Shown: positions 48,142 through 56,900 of the stretch, one piece after another
Numbering within the stretch: position 1 is the stretch's first letter
How the letters are laid out: every line of letters begins with the position of its first letter
Source: a virus
Direction: 5' to 3' (one strand)
Virus record (IMG/VR): IMGVR_UViG_3300030390_000715
Span: 1 to 64,000 of that record
Length of the DNA stretch: 64,000 nt
Notes under the pieces: model-generated
Told to the model about the DNA's origin: nothing
The model's input: the letters and a program-made list of their open reading frames with translations, nothing else
The model's database searches: none
Position numbers and translations under genes: made by a program

Positions 48142-48222
48142 GAAAGTTGCCCATTCCTTTCACTTTTGCTAAGACATACGAAACAGTTCTGGAGAGCTTA
48201 AACTAACTAATCTGAGGAGAGA

Positions 48223-48477
48223 GTGATGAAGGAATATGTAATAGGAACAGCAGTTTTTATAGTCAAAAGAGGGTCAATGACTTGTCGTGCGCTTGATCCA
48301 GTTGCGTATTTTTCAAGACGTAGCAAAGCCGAGGCTTTTATCGCTAAAGATCGGAAATTCTATAATGGCGATTTGGGGGTTTCTGCCAAAGATTATGTGT
48401 ATCAAATAGAAATCATTCCACTAGACAATACATATTCGGAGATATCAGCGTCGCAGATACCTTATAGGAGAAAGTGA
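48223..48477 (+). CDS. Hypothetical protein
   Basis: AGGAGAGAGTGATG junction. Confidence 0.55.
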   Translation: MMKEYVIGTAVFIVKRGSMTCRALDPVAYFSRRSKAEAFIAKDRKFYNGDLGVSAKDYVYQIEIIPLDNTYSEISASQIPYRRK

Positions 48478-48479
48478 AG

Positions 48480-48644
48480 ATGACAAATGAAAATAATGAA
48501 ACAAATGCAACTGAATTTGATAACTGCACATTTACTGGCGTAGAAATTGAATTAAGGTGTCTTAAAACAGCCCTTGAAAATATGTTAGTAGCGGTGAAGA
48601 AGATTTCGACCTTTAATAATAACGAAGATGATAGATGGCGATGA
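48480..48644 (+). CDS. Hypothetical 54-aa protein (not in ORF track)
   Basis: MTNENNETNATEFDNCTFTGVEI... Confidence 0.45.
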   Translation: MTNENNETNATEFDNCTFTGVEIELRCLKTALENMLVAVKKISTFNNNEDDRWR

Positions 48645-48667
48645 CGCCCGAAAAACAGGAGAAAGTG

Positions 48668-49036
48668 ATGCGAGACATTAAATTTAGGCAGTGGGATAAA
48701 AGAAATAAACGGTTTCATTATTTTGGGTTTACTTTAGACGATTACTTCGAATTTACCTCGCCAGTAAGCCCCTGTAGGAAAAATTACCCAGTATCACAAT
48801 ACACTGGCTTAAAGGACTCAAAAGGCGTTGAGATTTATGAGGGTGATGTTGTCAACTCAAGACATCTTTCTCTGGCTGAGGTGGTTTTCTCAAAGAAAGC
48901 CGCGAAATTTTGCATACAAATCTATCGAATGAATCCTTACAAAGAAATGACTAAGCGAGTTTATAGTATTTTGTCGTGCGAAGTTGTAGGCAACATCTAC
49001 GAAAACCCTGAGCTATTAGGAGAAAGTAATGAATAA
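48668..49036 (+). CDS. YopX family protein
   Basis: MRDIKFRQWD, QYTGLKDSKGVEIYEGD, EVVGNIYENPELL. Confidence 0.88.
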   Translation: MRDIKFRQWDKRNKRFHYFGFTLDDYFEFTSPVSPCRKNYPVSQYTGLKDSKGVEIYEGDVVNSRHLSLAEVVFSKKAAKFCIQIYRMNPYKEMTKRVYSILSCEVVGNIYENPELLGESNE

Positions 49037-49229
49037 GGCCATATTGGAGCCAAATGTGGAGCGTACTCCAAGCGATCTCGAACTGCTTAGGCAAGGAAAA
49101 ATTAGAGCAGTCGGAAAAGTCAGGGCCAGAAAATTAAAGCGCAAAGGAGTTTCATGTTGGTGGTCACCTGAATTAAATAGCCGAGTAAGGGCAGGATTAA
49201 TTAAAGGAGAAAGTGATGCGAGAAATTAA
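49029..49229 (+). CDS. Basic hypothetical protein
   Basis: Between AGGAGAAAGT junctions. Confidence 0.5.
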   Translation: MNKAILEPNVERTPSDLELLRQGKIRAVGKVRARKLKRKGVSCWWSPELNSRVRAGLIKGESDARN

Positions 49230-49566
49230 ATTTAGAGCGTGGCATAGAGGTGCTGAGGAATTTTGTGAGGGCTTAACATCTAATATGTTTCAGTGGAGAG
49301 AAGATGGGCAACCCATAACACTTATGCAATACACCGGACTCAAAGATGCTAATGGTGTTGAGATGTACGAGGGTGATGTTCTTACTGCACAGAAAGGCTC
49401 TTACTCTGGGAAGTCCCTACCTATCAAGGGGGCATTAGAAGTCCACGGAATACATTGGTTTATTAACACAGGTGATATCCTAACGTATCTAGGGGGCGTC
49501 AGAAACATAAAAGTAATTGGCAACATATACGAAAACCCAGAACTAATCCGAGGAGATACAAAATGA
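49216..49566 (+). CDS. YopX family protein
   Basis: MREIKFRAW, MQYTGLKDANGVEMYEGD, VIGNIYENPEL. Confidence 0.88.
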   Translation: MREIKFRAWHRGAEEFCEGLTSNMFQWREDGQPITLMQYTGLKDANGVEMYEGDVLTAQKGSYSGKSLPIKGALEVHGIHWFINTGDILTYLGGVRNIKVIGNIYENPELIRGDTK

Positions 49567-49844
49567 TTGAACTAGAACAGATTGCAAAACAAGCCAAATC
49601 GTCAATAGTTGCCGCTGAAAAGCTTAGTGCATTGGACGATCTTCGTGTCGAGTACCTTGGTAAGAAAGGTAGGCTAACAGGCCTTCTTAAAGGTCTAGGC
49701 AGATTGTCGGCTGAAGAACGCCCGGCAGAGGGCGCTAAAATAAATGATGTCAAACAAAGCCTACAAGAGCTTATTGGGCAGCGAAAAGCTTATCTTGAGA
49801 GTATCGACCTGGATGCCACTTATACGCAAACCCAGAACTATTAG
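49563..49844 (+). CDS. Stand-alone N-terminal coiled-coil domain of phenylalanyl-tRNA synthetase alpha subunit (captured pheS fragment)
   Basis: ALDDLRVEYLGKKGRLT.LLKGLGRLSAEERPAEGAKINDVK...RKAYLE matches the proteobacterial PheS N-terminus (E. coli ALDNVRVEYLGKKGHLT...PEERPAAGAVINEAK). Confidence 0.85.
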   Translation: MIELEQIAKQAKSSIVAAEKLSALDDLRVEYLGKKGRLTGLLKGLGRLSAEERPAEGAKINDVKQSLQELIGQRKAYLESIDLDATYTQTQNY

Positions 49845-49850
49845 GAGAAA

Positions 49851-50057
49851 GTGATGGAAAACCTACGTTTAACTTATATTAATTTTTACACTTACAAAGG
49901 GTGGACTTTTGAATGGAAAAAAGACTGGCCTGTTGGCCCTTGGCCTTGTAAAAAAGACTTGGAGTTAAGGGCAAAAGCAGGTAGAAAATTCTGGGATATG
50001 TTTCAAGAATTCTCCGAATTAAGCGACGAGGAACAAGAACAGTACAGGGTTTTTTAA
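49851..50057 (+). CDS. Hypothetical protein
   Basis: GWTFEW..GPWP.KKD. Confidence 0.6.
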   Translation: MMENLRLTYINFYTYKGWTFEWKKDWPVGPWPCKKDLELRAKAGRKFWDMFQEFSELSDEEQEQYRVF

Positions 50058-50190
50058 CAACTAGGAGAATGTGCTTATTTCATGCCCCGTCAGGTCTAAA
50101 GTGTGGTTATAGTGTTGTAAATGTAATATTTGTTTGCTATAATGATCTTGTCATCGGGAGATGGCGCAACTATCTTAAAGGAATACAAAA

Positions 50191-50460
50191 ATGAATACTG
50201 CAAAAGACTTTGAAGTACTAATTACGTATAAGAGCGGACACAGTGAGATAGCTATAATTCCACTGACCCAGTACTGCTCGGAAATAGAAACACTACAGGG
50301 CAAACTGATGAAATACTGCATAAACACGAAAGACTATGAAGTACTAATTACGTATAAGAGTGGACACCGTGAGATAGCTATAATTCCACTGACCCAGTAC
50401 TCCTCAGAAATAGAAACACTACAGTCAGAAGGTCGGCTCGTAAGTATGGAGATTTTATAA
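50191..50460 (+). CDS. Hypothetical protein with internal tandem duplication
   Basis: 50203..50298 repeated at 50329..50424. Confidence 0.6.
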   Translation: MNTAKDFEVLITYKSGHSEIAIIPLTQYCSEIETLQGKLMKYCINTKDYEVLITYKSGHREIAIIPLTQYSSEIETLQSEGRLVSMEIL

Positions 50461-50461
50461 A

Positions 50462-50734
50462 ATGATTATTGATTTTGTAAAAAAAGCTGAAAAAGCTCTA
50501 GGCAAAAAGCGCATGAAGTTAGTCTCTTCAATTACACATGAGGCAGACATTATGGTGGTTAGCTTAAAACACCCATATATGCATACCCTTTATGACGAGA
50601 TTAGTTGGTTATATGGTGACGATTATGAGGATACTCAAGTTACAGTATTTAAGGATCTTTTAGACTGGTTTGACCTATATTATATCCGAAAAGTTACGGT
50701 TGAAAAATTGAAAAGCATAGGCGTATCTAAGTAA
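50462..50734 (+). CDS. Hypothetical protein
   Basis: GGAG RBS, 90 aa. Confidence 0.55.
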   Translation: MIIDFVKKAEKALGKKRMKLVSSITHEADIMVVSLKHPYMHTLYDEISWLYGDDYEDTQVTVFKDLLDWFDLYYIRKVTVEKLKSIGVSK

Positions 50735-50900
50735 GAAAAATTTAGGTTTTAACCAACCGCACTTTCGGGGCATATCAAAGGAATAGTTGAATGAGAGAAA
50801 GTCGCCTAATAAAGGAATATTTTTCGTAAAACGCTTGACGGATGTATTGAAAACATTTATAATACTTGTATTGATTAACTGACTAGAGCGAGAAAATATT

Positions 50901-51155
50901 ATGACTTTAAAAGCATTGTTTGAATTTCATCCTTCTGAGTGTTTGATTATTGAAGACAGTATGTTCGTCTTGTTAGCGAATCGCGCTATCGCAATTCAAG
51001 TTTGTCAAGATAAAACTTTTGTTGTTAGTGTTTGGCACGAAGATAAGTTGATGATCGAAGAAGTCGCGACTACGCGTTCATTAGATAGAGCCATGCGAAT
51101 CGCGGCTACTTATAACGTAACTCCATTAATTGACGAAGATGGTTGCCTATCATAA
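50901..51155 (+). CDS. Hypothetical early protein
   Basis: Promoter TTGACG..TATAAT at ~50835; AGAGCGAGA leader. Confidence 0.55.
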   Translation: MTLKALFEFHPSECLIIEDSMFVLLANRAIAIQVCQDKTFVVSVWHEDKLMIEEVATTRSLDRAMRIAATYNVTPLIDEDGCLS

Positions 51156-51222
51156 GTTTAAAAAGGGGTTGACAACTACTGCCAACCCGATAGAATAACA
51201 CTTCATTAGACAAAAGGAACAA

Positions 51223-51471
51223 TTGAAAATGAGAAAGCGAAGTGGTCGAAAAAACCAAAGCCGCGATTTTCCTACTCGTGCTAACCCTGTAGCTAAGAAC
51301 TTTGTGTTTGCCTGTGTAAACACCGACAATGTTGATGAAATTTGCTCTGATTGTTTTGTGGACACTCTTGAATATGCCCTTGAGATTCGAGAAGATCATC
51401 AAACTACATATTCGCTTATGTGGGACGGTGAAGATGTTAACACTGCCGTTATTATTGGAGAATTATCATGA
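51223..51471 (+). CDS. Hypothetical early protein
   Basis: Promoter at ~51169 with ACTTCATTAG motif. Confidence 0.55.
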   Translation: MKMRKRSGRKNQSRDFPTRANPVAKNFVFACVNTDNVDEICSDCFVDTLEYALEIREDHQTTYSLMWDGEDVNTAVIIGELS

Positions 51472-51845
51472 GTAATATTTGTTATTCGGAGCAGAAGGAT
51501 CTGGTGTTATGCAAGACGAGAGGTATGCTTTACTTCATTCCAAAGAGCGAAGTGTCAAGAATATATATACCTAAGTCTACCACTCTTGACCAAATTGCTA
51601 TAAGGCTAGCATCTCTACAACTTTCAGAATTCGCGGTCGATGCCAGAGACCCTAAAAATCCTTATGTCCTTAAGAATCGTCACACCGGAGATGTGGGCAC
51701 TAAAATATTCATAGGCATTTCAAAGCCCACAAACACAGCAACCTTTTATGCGAAAATGTCCAACACATTTTTCCAAGTTCCGTTTACACCGAAAAAAGAG
51801 TTTGACGAACCACACCACATGGACTATAATAGGTCCATAGACTAA
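51468..51845 (+). CDS. Hypothetical protein
   Basis: Coupled ORF, GGAG RBS. Confidence 0.55.
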   Translation: MSNICYSEQKDLVLCKTRGMLYFIPKSEVSRIYIPKSTTLDQIAIRLASLQLSEFAVDARDPKNPYVLKNRHTGDVGTKIFIGISKPTNTATFYAKMSNTFFQVPFTPKKEFDEPHHMDYNRSID

Positions 51846-51866
51846 CCAAAAGAGAAGATATTCATT

Positions 51867-52055
51867 ATGTATTTAATTGTTGATAAAAATAGTGGCTTTC
51901 CTGTCACGCAAGACCTTCTGACTACGGAATCTGAGGCTGAGAAGTATAAAGCCAAGCATTGTGGAGATGTTGATTGTGTAGTTGTTTCTGAGAGTAATTA
52001 TAACGAAGGGTTCTTTCATAGACGATGGCCCATGACTGCCACAAGGAGTCTATAG
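51867..52055 (+). CDS. Hypothetical protein
   Basis: Promoter at ~51801. Confidence 0.5.
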   Translation: MYLIVDKNSGFPVTQDLLTTESEAEKYKAKHCGDVDCVVVSESNYNEGFFHRRWPMTATRSL

Positions 52056-52056
52056 T

Positions 52057-52437
52057 ATGAAGTACCAATCTCATAGTGAAATACCAATCCAGTACCGCAA
52101 AATAATTCTTAGTGCAGTTTCCGAGAAACGCGTCAATAAAGTTGATATTATAAAATGTAATGATATCATCGAAGAGCATGATCGACACGAAGCGCAAATG
52201 GCACCACTTCGAAAGTTTCAGATTACCTATCAGAAAGGAAAGACTCGAAAGGTCTATGATTACAATAACGCTTCTGATGCTCTAACGACCCTTGACCAGT
52301 TAATTGGATTTGATGAACGCGATCCTGACGTTCTAGCTGTAGTGAAACAAGGTGATAGAATAGTACGTGGTTACTTTAAAGGCGAGTGGTATATTCCTGA
52401 GCCGCGTGATGCAATTAAATATGTTAATAGGGTGTAA
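52057..52437 (+). CDS. Hypothetical protein
   Basis: AGGAG RBS, 126 aa. Confidence 0.6.
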   Translation: MKYQSHSEIPIQYRKIILSAVSEKRVNKVDIIKCNDIIEEHDRHEAQMAPLRKFQITYQKGKTRKVYDYNNASDALTTLDQLIGFDERDPDVLAVVKQGDRIVRGYFKGEWYIPEPRDAIKYVNRV

Positions 52438-52442
52438 ATGAA

Positions 52443-52697
52443 ATGACAATGTTAAAAAATATAGCTATCATCACCAAAACCTGTGATGCAACTTTCGACG
52501 AGGCTTCTTTAAGGTCTGTTTACGATTTAGTTAAACGTATGGGATTAGATAGATGTGTCGAACTAGAAGAGTCTAATGATGGACAAAAATACACTATGGA
52601 AATGATGGAAGCGTTTCGCGGACCAAGGGCTGAAATAAGAAACCGCTCTCATGGGTCCCTGATAGAAGTGATTCATGTGCAAAGTAATCTATCATGA
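52443..52697 (+). CDS. Hypothetical protein
   Basis: 84-aa ORF. Confidence 0.5.
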   Translation: MTMLKNIAIITKTCDATFDEASLRSVYDLVKRMGLDRCVELEESNDGQKYTMEMMEAFRGPRAEIRNRSHGSLIEVIHVQSNLS

Positions 52698-53335
52698 ACA
52701 GTAACTTAGGGAATATTATATTAATTGACTGCGACGGTGTTCTGCTTAATTGGGAACACTCGTTCGTCCAATTCATGGAGACCTATTCAGATTTGAAACG
52801 ACTTCCTGATGCAGATAAGCATTATAATATCGCCAAACAATATGGCATCAGCAATAAATCTGGCAAATATTGGGCTGAGAGATTCAACACTAGTGCGGCA
52901 ATAGGTAGTCTACCACCGTTCCGTGATGCTATTAAGTATGTCCGCAAACTCCACGAAGAACATGGCTACGTGTTTCACTGCATTACTTCTATGAGCGATG
53001 ATAAGTACGCTGTTCAACTTAGAGTTGAAAACCTAGAGCGCGTATTTGGTAAGGGCATATTCGAGAGGATTGTTTGTCTTCCAGTAGGTGCTGATAAGAC
53101 CGATACACTATTCGAATATAAAGATAGCGACTATTACTGGATTGAAGATAAGGTTGCCAATGCTATGGTCGGATTAGATTTGGGGCTAGAACCTATTATC
53201 GTCGAGCATGTTAACACCGCTAATCAAGTAGAAGACGTGGAGAGTTTATTTCAATTATTTCAATCTCTCGGTAATTGTTTCTATGCTGTTAAATGGAAAG
53301 ACATCTACAACCACATTACTGGAGAAGAATCATGA
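52694..53335 (+). CDS. HAD-superfamily nucleotidase (T4 30.2-like)
   Basis: DCDGVL, CITS, K, WIEDK. Confidence 0.8.
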   Translation: MNSNLGNIILIDCDGVLLNWEHSFVQFMETYSDLKRLPDADKHYNIAKQYGISNKSGKYWAERFNTSAAIGSLPPFRDAIKYVRKLHEEHGYVFHCITSMSDDKYAVQLRVENLERVFGKGIFERIVCLPVGADKTDTLFEYKDSDYYWIEDKVANAMVGLDLGLEPIIVEHVNTANQVEDVESLFQLFQSLGNCFYAVKWKDIYNHITGEES

Positions 53336-53595
53336 GACTTATAAACAATTTACCTGAAAACTCGGATATAAAAGCGATTGATATTAGTTCCGAGCGAAAA
53401 CGCAAGTATTATTACCCGATGATCGACGGGAATGATGCTTACGATATCACCATAGATCGTCCTAAAATGGTGTATATCACACCCGAAGGCAATCATCGCG
53501 TTCTTGATGATTACGGTTGGGTCAGTCGTATTCCACCGGGTTGGTCTGTACTTAGTTGGTTACCTGGAACTGATCAACCTCACGTAGTAGCCTAA
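53332..53595 (+). CDS. Hypothetical protein
   Basis: DISSE..R.Y, GNHRVLD..G. Confidence 0.6.
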   Translation: MRLINNLPENSDIKAIDISSERKRKYYYPMIDGNDAYDITIDRPKMVYITPEGNHRVLDDYGWVSRIPPGWSVLSWLPGTDQPHVVA

Positions 53596-53660
53596 AAGTT
53601 TGACAATACTAACGCGTTCGTATATAATGATTATCTATTAATGAGACGAGGTTGAGAAAA

Positions 53661-54257
53661 ATGCAAAAATGGTCTAGTGTATTAGAATCGTTTGTTTGGG
53701 TTCTTTTGTCGTGTGTCGTGTTGACGGCGATAATAGGTTCTTATTATGACTTTAGAAAAGATAACGTAGTCGAACCGCCCGTGATTATATTCGAAGAAGG
53801 TGCGTTCGAACGAGAAGAGAACGTCGAGGTGCAGAAAGATGTACCAGACAACGACCAATTAGAATGTTTAGCCTTGAATACATATCACGAGAGTAGAGGG
53901 GAATCTATCGCAGGGCAATTAGCTGTCGCTCAAGTTGTTATGAATCGAGTCAAGAGCGAACGATTCCCTAATAGTGTTTGCGAGGTAGTCAAACAAGGTC
54001 CCACTTACGAAAACTGGAAAGGGAATGAGCTTCCGGTATTAAACAAGTGTCACTTTTCTTGGTACTGCGACGGTAAGAGTGACAACTACAATCCTAAGAC
54101 ATTAGATACTATACGAGATTTAGTGGTAGCCGTTATGGTCGATTCGCTAGATTACACCGATGGTGCGACTCACTATCACGCAGATTATGTTGACCCGTGG
54201 TGGGCAAAACATTACGAGGTCACTACACAAATTGATGACCACATATTTTACAAATAA
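53661..54257 (+). CDS. SleB-like cell wall hydrolase with N-terminal TM
   Basis: CLALNTYHESRGE, VMNRV, FSWYCDG, GATHYHA, HIFY. Confidence 0.92.
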   Translation: MQKWSSVLESFVWVLLSCVVLTAIIGSYYDFRKDNVVEPPVIIFEEGAFEREENVEVQKDVPDNDQLECLALNTYHESRGESIAGQLAVAQVVMNRVKSERFPNSVCEVVKQGPTYENWKGNELPVLNKCHFSWYCDGKSDNYNPKTLDTIRDLVVAVMVDSLDYTDGATHYHADYVDPWWAKHYEVTTQIDDHIFYK

Positions 54258-54300
54258 GTGAGAGTAAACTATAACCAATACTAAAAAGGGATTAAACAGC

Positions 54301-54486
54301 ATGAAAGCACATGATTTATATAGCGCAAAATGTAAAGCCGTCGAGCATTTTAAAGTACCCAAGAGTAAAAAACACCTTGTCGCAATCGAACCGGCATACG
54401 AAAACGAAACGGATGAATTTTGTGCTGGGTGGATTGCATTCTACAACCAAAAGAAAGTTGAGATTCTAAAAGAGATAACAGCATGA
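54301..54486 (+). CDS. Hypothetical protein flanked by AACAGCATGAAA repeat
   Basis: Ends EITA; repeat at 54295 and 54476. Confidence 0.5.
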   Translation: MKAHDLYSAKCKAVEHFKVPKSKKHLVAIEPAYENETDEFCAGWIAFYNQKKVEILKEITA

Positions 54487-54515
54487 AAATCAATAAATTG
54501 CTTAGACTATAACCA

Positions 54516-55619
54516 ATGGCATCATTATCATACGTCGACCTTCTGAAGCGCGACAACATTGAAGTTCTATTAGAAAGAATTGATAGCAGATCCACAATGA
54601 TTCTGGGTGCACGAGATGACGGTGAAGTAATCAATCTCTCGGGTGCTATCGAGTTGAATAATATCCGACACGAGAATTTATCGCCCGAAGAGTTGAGAGA
54701 GTTTCTTACTAAACGAACCTCGACTGATTCAATTCAGATAGAAACTAGTGACCAACGAATGATACGAGTAACGAAATTCTTTAAAGATAAATCGTTTGGT
54801 GGTGTGCCAGGTAAATCAAGTGGTGCAGGATCAGAACGTCAAGAGGAAGGTGTGATCGATGCTATTATAGGTTGCCTCGAGAGGTCTAATAACATCGCTA
54901 ATGATCACAGTCCTCTTCCTATAACAGTCACTACACTCAACTACCCGAGAATGGATCTAGAATATCCAAAGCCAATATTCATAGTCAACGCTTCAAAAAA
55001 TGAAGGTCTTAGTTCTATTGGCAAAGAGCCTTATATTGATGTCAACTTGGTATCAAATAAAGGTGAAGTCGTTGGCTGTTCTATGAAAGGTATGAGCGCA
55101 CCTTCACTCGCAGGTGGCGGTCTTGCCGGTATCAACACAGTAACACCACACTTAATGCCTCGATTATATACTTCGGTGACCAACCATTTAGTGTCCGAAG
55201 GCTACCATCATGGAGACATTGTAGACAATAAAGAATTGCCTGATCTATACTTACCTGTTCCTCTAACTGATACCCGAATTCTTATTGAAGGTACAAAAGA
55301 GATGGGTGGTCCAGTCCAGTTCATGTATGTCGGACCAATGGACGTAACATACACCTTTCAAAGAGACTTCGGGCAATATAACGTAGACCTCAACGGCAAC
55401 TTCTATTCTGTCGAAGAGTATATGCAGAAGATACCGGAGTTCTATTTTAGAGTGAGAAAGCGCGACCTAGACGTTGACAATAGAGTGCAAATAGATTATT
55501 ATAACTTAAACAAAGAGGGTTTTCCTAAACTATTTACTTCGCCAACGACTGGCAAGAATAATCTAAGAATAGTAGTAGTTGACAAGGTGCCCAAAACGGG
55601 TAAGAAATTGCCCTTATAA
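54516..55619 (+). CDS. Putative PD-(D/E)xK nuclease-like protein
   Basis: ERQE helix...EPYIDV...CSMK arrangement. Confidence 0.4.
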   Translation: MASLSYVDLLKRDNIEVLLERIDSRSTMILGARDDGEVINLSGAIELNNIRHENLSPEELREFLTKRTSTDSIQIETSDQRMIRVTKFFKDKSFGGVPGKSSGAGSERQEEGVIDAIIGCLERSNNIANDHSPLPITVTTLNYPRMDLEYPKPIFIVNASKNEGLSSIGKEPYIDVNLVSNKGEVVGCSMKGMSAPSLAGGGLAGINTVTPHLMPRLYTSVTNHLVSEGYHHGDIVDNKELPDLYLPVPLTDTRILIEGTKEMGGPVQFMYVGPMDVTYTFQRDFGQYNVDLNGNFYSVEEYMQKIPEFYFRVRKRDLDVDNRVQIDYYNLNKEGFPKLFTSPTTGKNNLRIVVVDKVPKTGKKLPL

Positions 55620-55622
55620 ATA
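55615..55622 (+). promoter_or_regulatory. T4-type late promoter
   Basis: TATAAATA; further copies at 56668 and 58545. Confidence 0.75.
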
Positions 55623-55642
55623 ACCGTATAACGGAGATTATA

Positions 55643-56863
55643 ATGGACTCGTTCGCTAACTTTTCACTCACCGAACAGAAGAATACTCATATGACTCACC
55701 TTGAAGATAAGGTGATATATGGTGGTGCTGACGGTACTCGTCAAGCAATCAATGCACTTCGCGATCTACGTAACATGCTGGCTGGTAAAAAGAAAGGTAG
55801 TATATCAGTCAAGTGGGATGGTGCACCCGCAGTATTCGCAGGAATTGATCCAACTGACGGCAAGTTCTTTGTCGCCAAGAAAAGTATCTTCAACAAGAAT
55901 CCTAAAGTCTATAAATCACCCGAAGATATCGATAGCGATACCTCGGGCGACCTCAATGATAAACTTCAACTCGCACTACAATATCTGCCCGAGTTAGGAA
56001 TAAAAGGCGTTATTCAAGGCGACTTCCTATACAAAAGATCAGAGCTAAAAACGAAATCAATTGGCACTGAGACATATGTAACATTTCATCCCAACACACT
56101 GGTCTATGCAGTACCCGTTGATCAAGCTAAAGTAGTTCTCGCTTCGAAAATAGGCATTGTGTGGCACACTACATATAAGGGTAGCTCGTTCGAAAGTATG
56201 AGTGCCTCGTATGGGGTAGATGTGAGCAAGTTAAATAAATCTAAAAATGTTTGGTCACAAGACGCTGTATTGCGCGATGTATCAAATGCAACTATGACAA
56301 AGAAAGAAACGGAGACAGTAAATGAATACCTTACGCAAATTGGTAAACTCTTTAATCAAATTTCTGGGACAACTCTTAGGACGCTCGGAGCCAATCAAGC
56401 CCTTGCCCAAACAATCGAAACCTTCGGCAACACCAAAGTCAGAAAAGGTCAAGTCATCGGCAACACGAAAAAGCACGCCGAAGACCTCATCCGGTACATC
56501 GAGACTAGATACGAAAAGGAAATTGAAAAGCGCAAAACTGAAAAAGGAAGAAGTAGCCAAAAGGCAAAACTCGAAGAAGTCCTCAAATTCTTCAGCCAAG
56601 AAAACAAAGAAAGTCTAATAAAAATGTTCGAATTGCAAAAGTTACTCATTTTAGTGAAGTTAAAACTTATAAATAACCTTAACAGATTGAGTAAATTTGA
56701 TACTTTCGTGAAGACCAGTAAGGGTTTTAAGACAACTGGTCAAGAAGGTTACGTAGCAATAGATACATTAGGTGGTGACGCGGTGAAACTTGTTGACAGA
56801 ATGGAATTTTCCTACAACAACTTTTCACCCAATATATTGAAGGGCTGGGATAAAGCTAAATAA
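55643..56863 (+). CDS. Conserved T4-like protein with RNA-ligase/capping-type nucleotidyltransferase motifs
   Basis: SVKWDG (KxDG), IQGD, EGYV, VKLV. Confidence 0.55.
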   Translation: MDSFANFSLTEQKNTHMTHLEDKVIYGGADGTRQAINALRDLRNMLAGKKKGSISVKWDGAPAVFAGIDPTDGKFFVAKKSIFNKNPKVYKSPEDIDSDTSGDLNDKLQLALQYLPELGIKGVIQGDFLYKRSELKTKSIGTETYVTFHPNTLVYAVPVDQAKVVLASKIGIVWHTTYKGSSFESMSASYGVDVSKLNKSKNVWSQDAVLRDVSNATMTKKETETVNEYLTQIGKLFNQISGTTLRTLGANQALAQTIETFGNTKVRKGQVIGNTKKHAEDLIRYIETRYEKEIEKRKTEKGRSSQKAKLEEVLKFFSQENKESLIKMFELQKLLILVKLKLINNLNRLSKFDTFVKTSKGFKTTGQEGYVAIDTLGGDAVKLVDRMEFSYNNFSPNILKGWDKAK

Positions 56864-56900
56864 TACTATATTGAATGGGTAAACCAAAAGGTACTAATCG

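Noticed and set aside
47426..50070. Classical integron array
   Set aside because: There is no tyrosine recombinase and no attC-type RYYYAAC...GTTRRRY palindromes; the junctions are RBS-type direct repeats.
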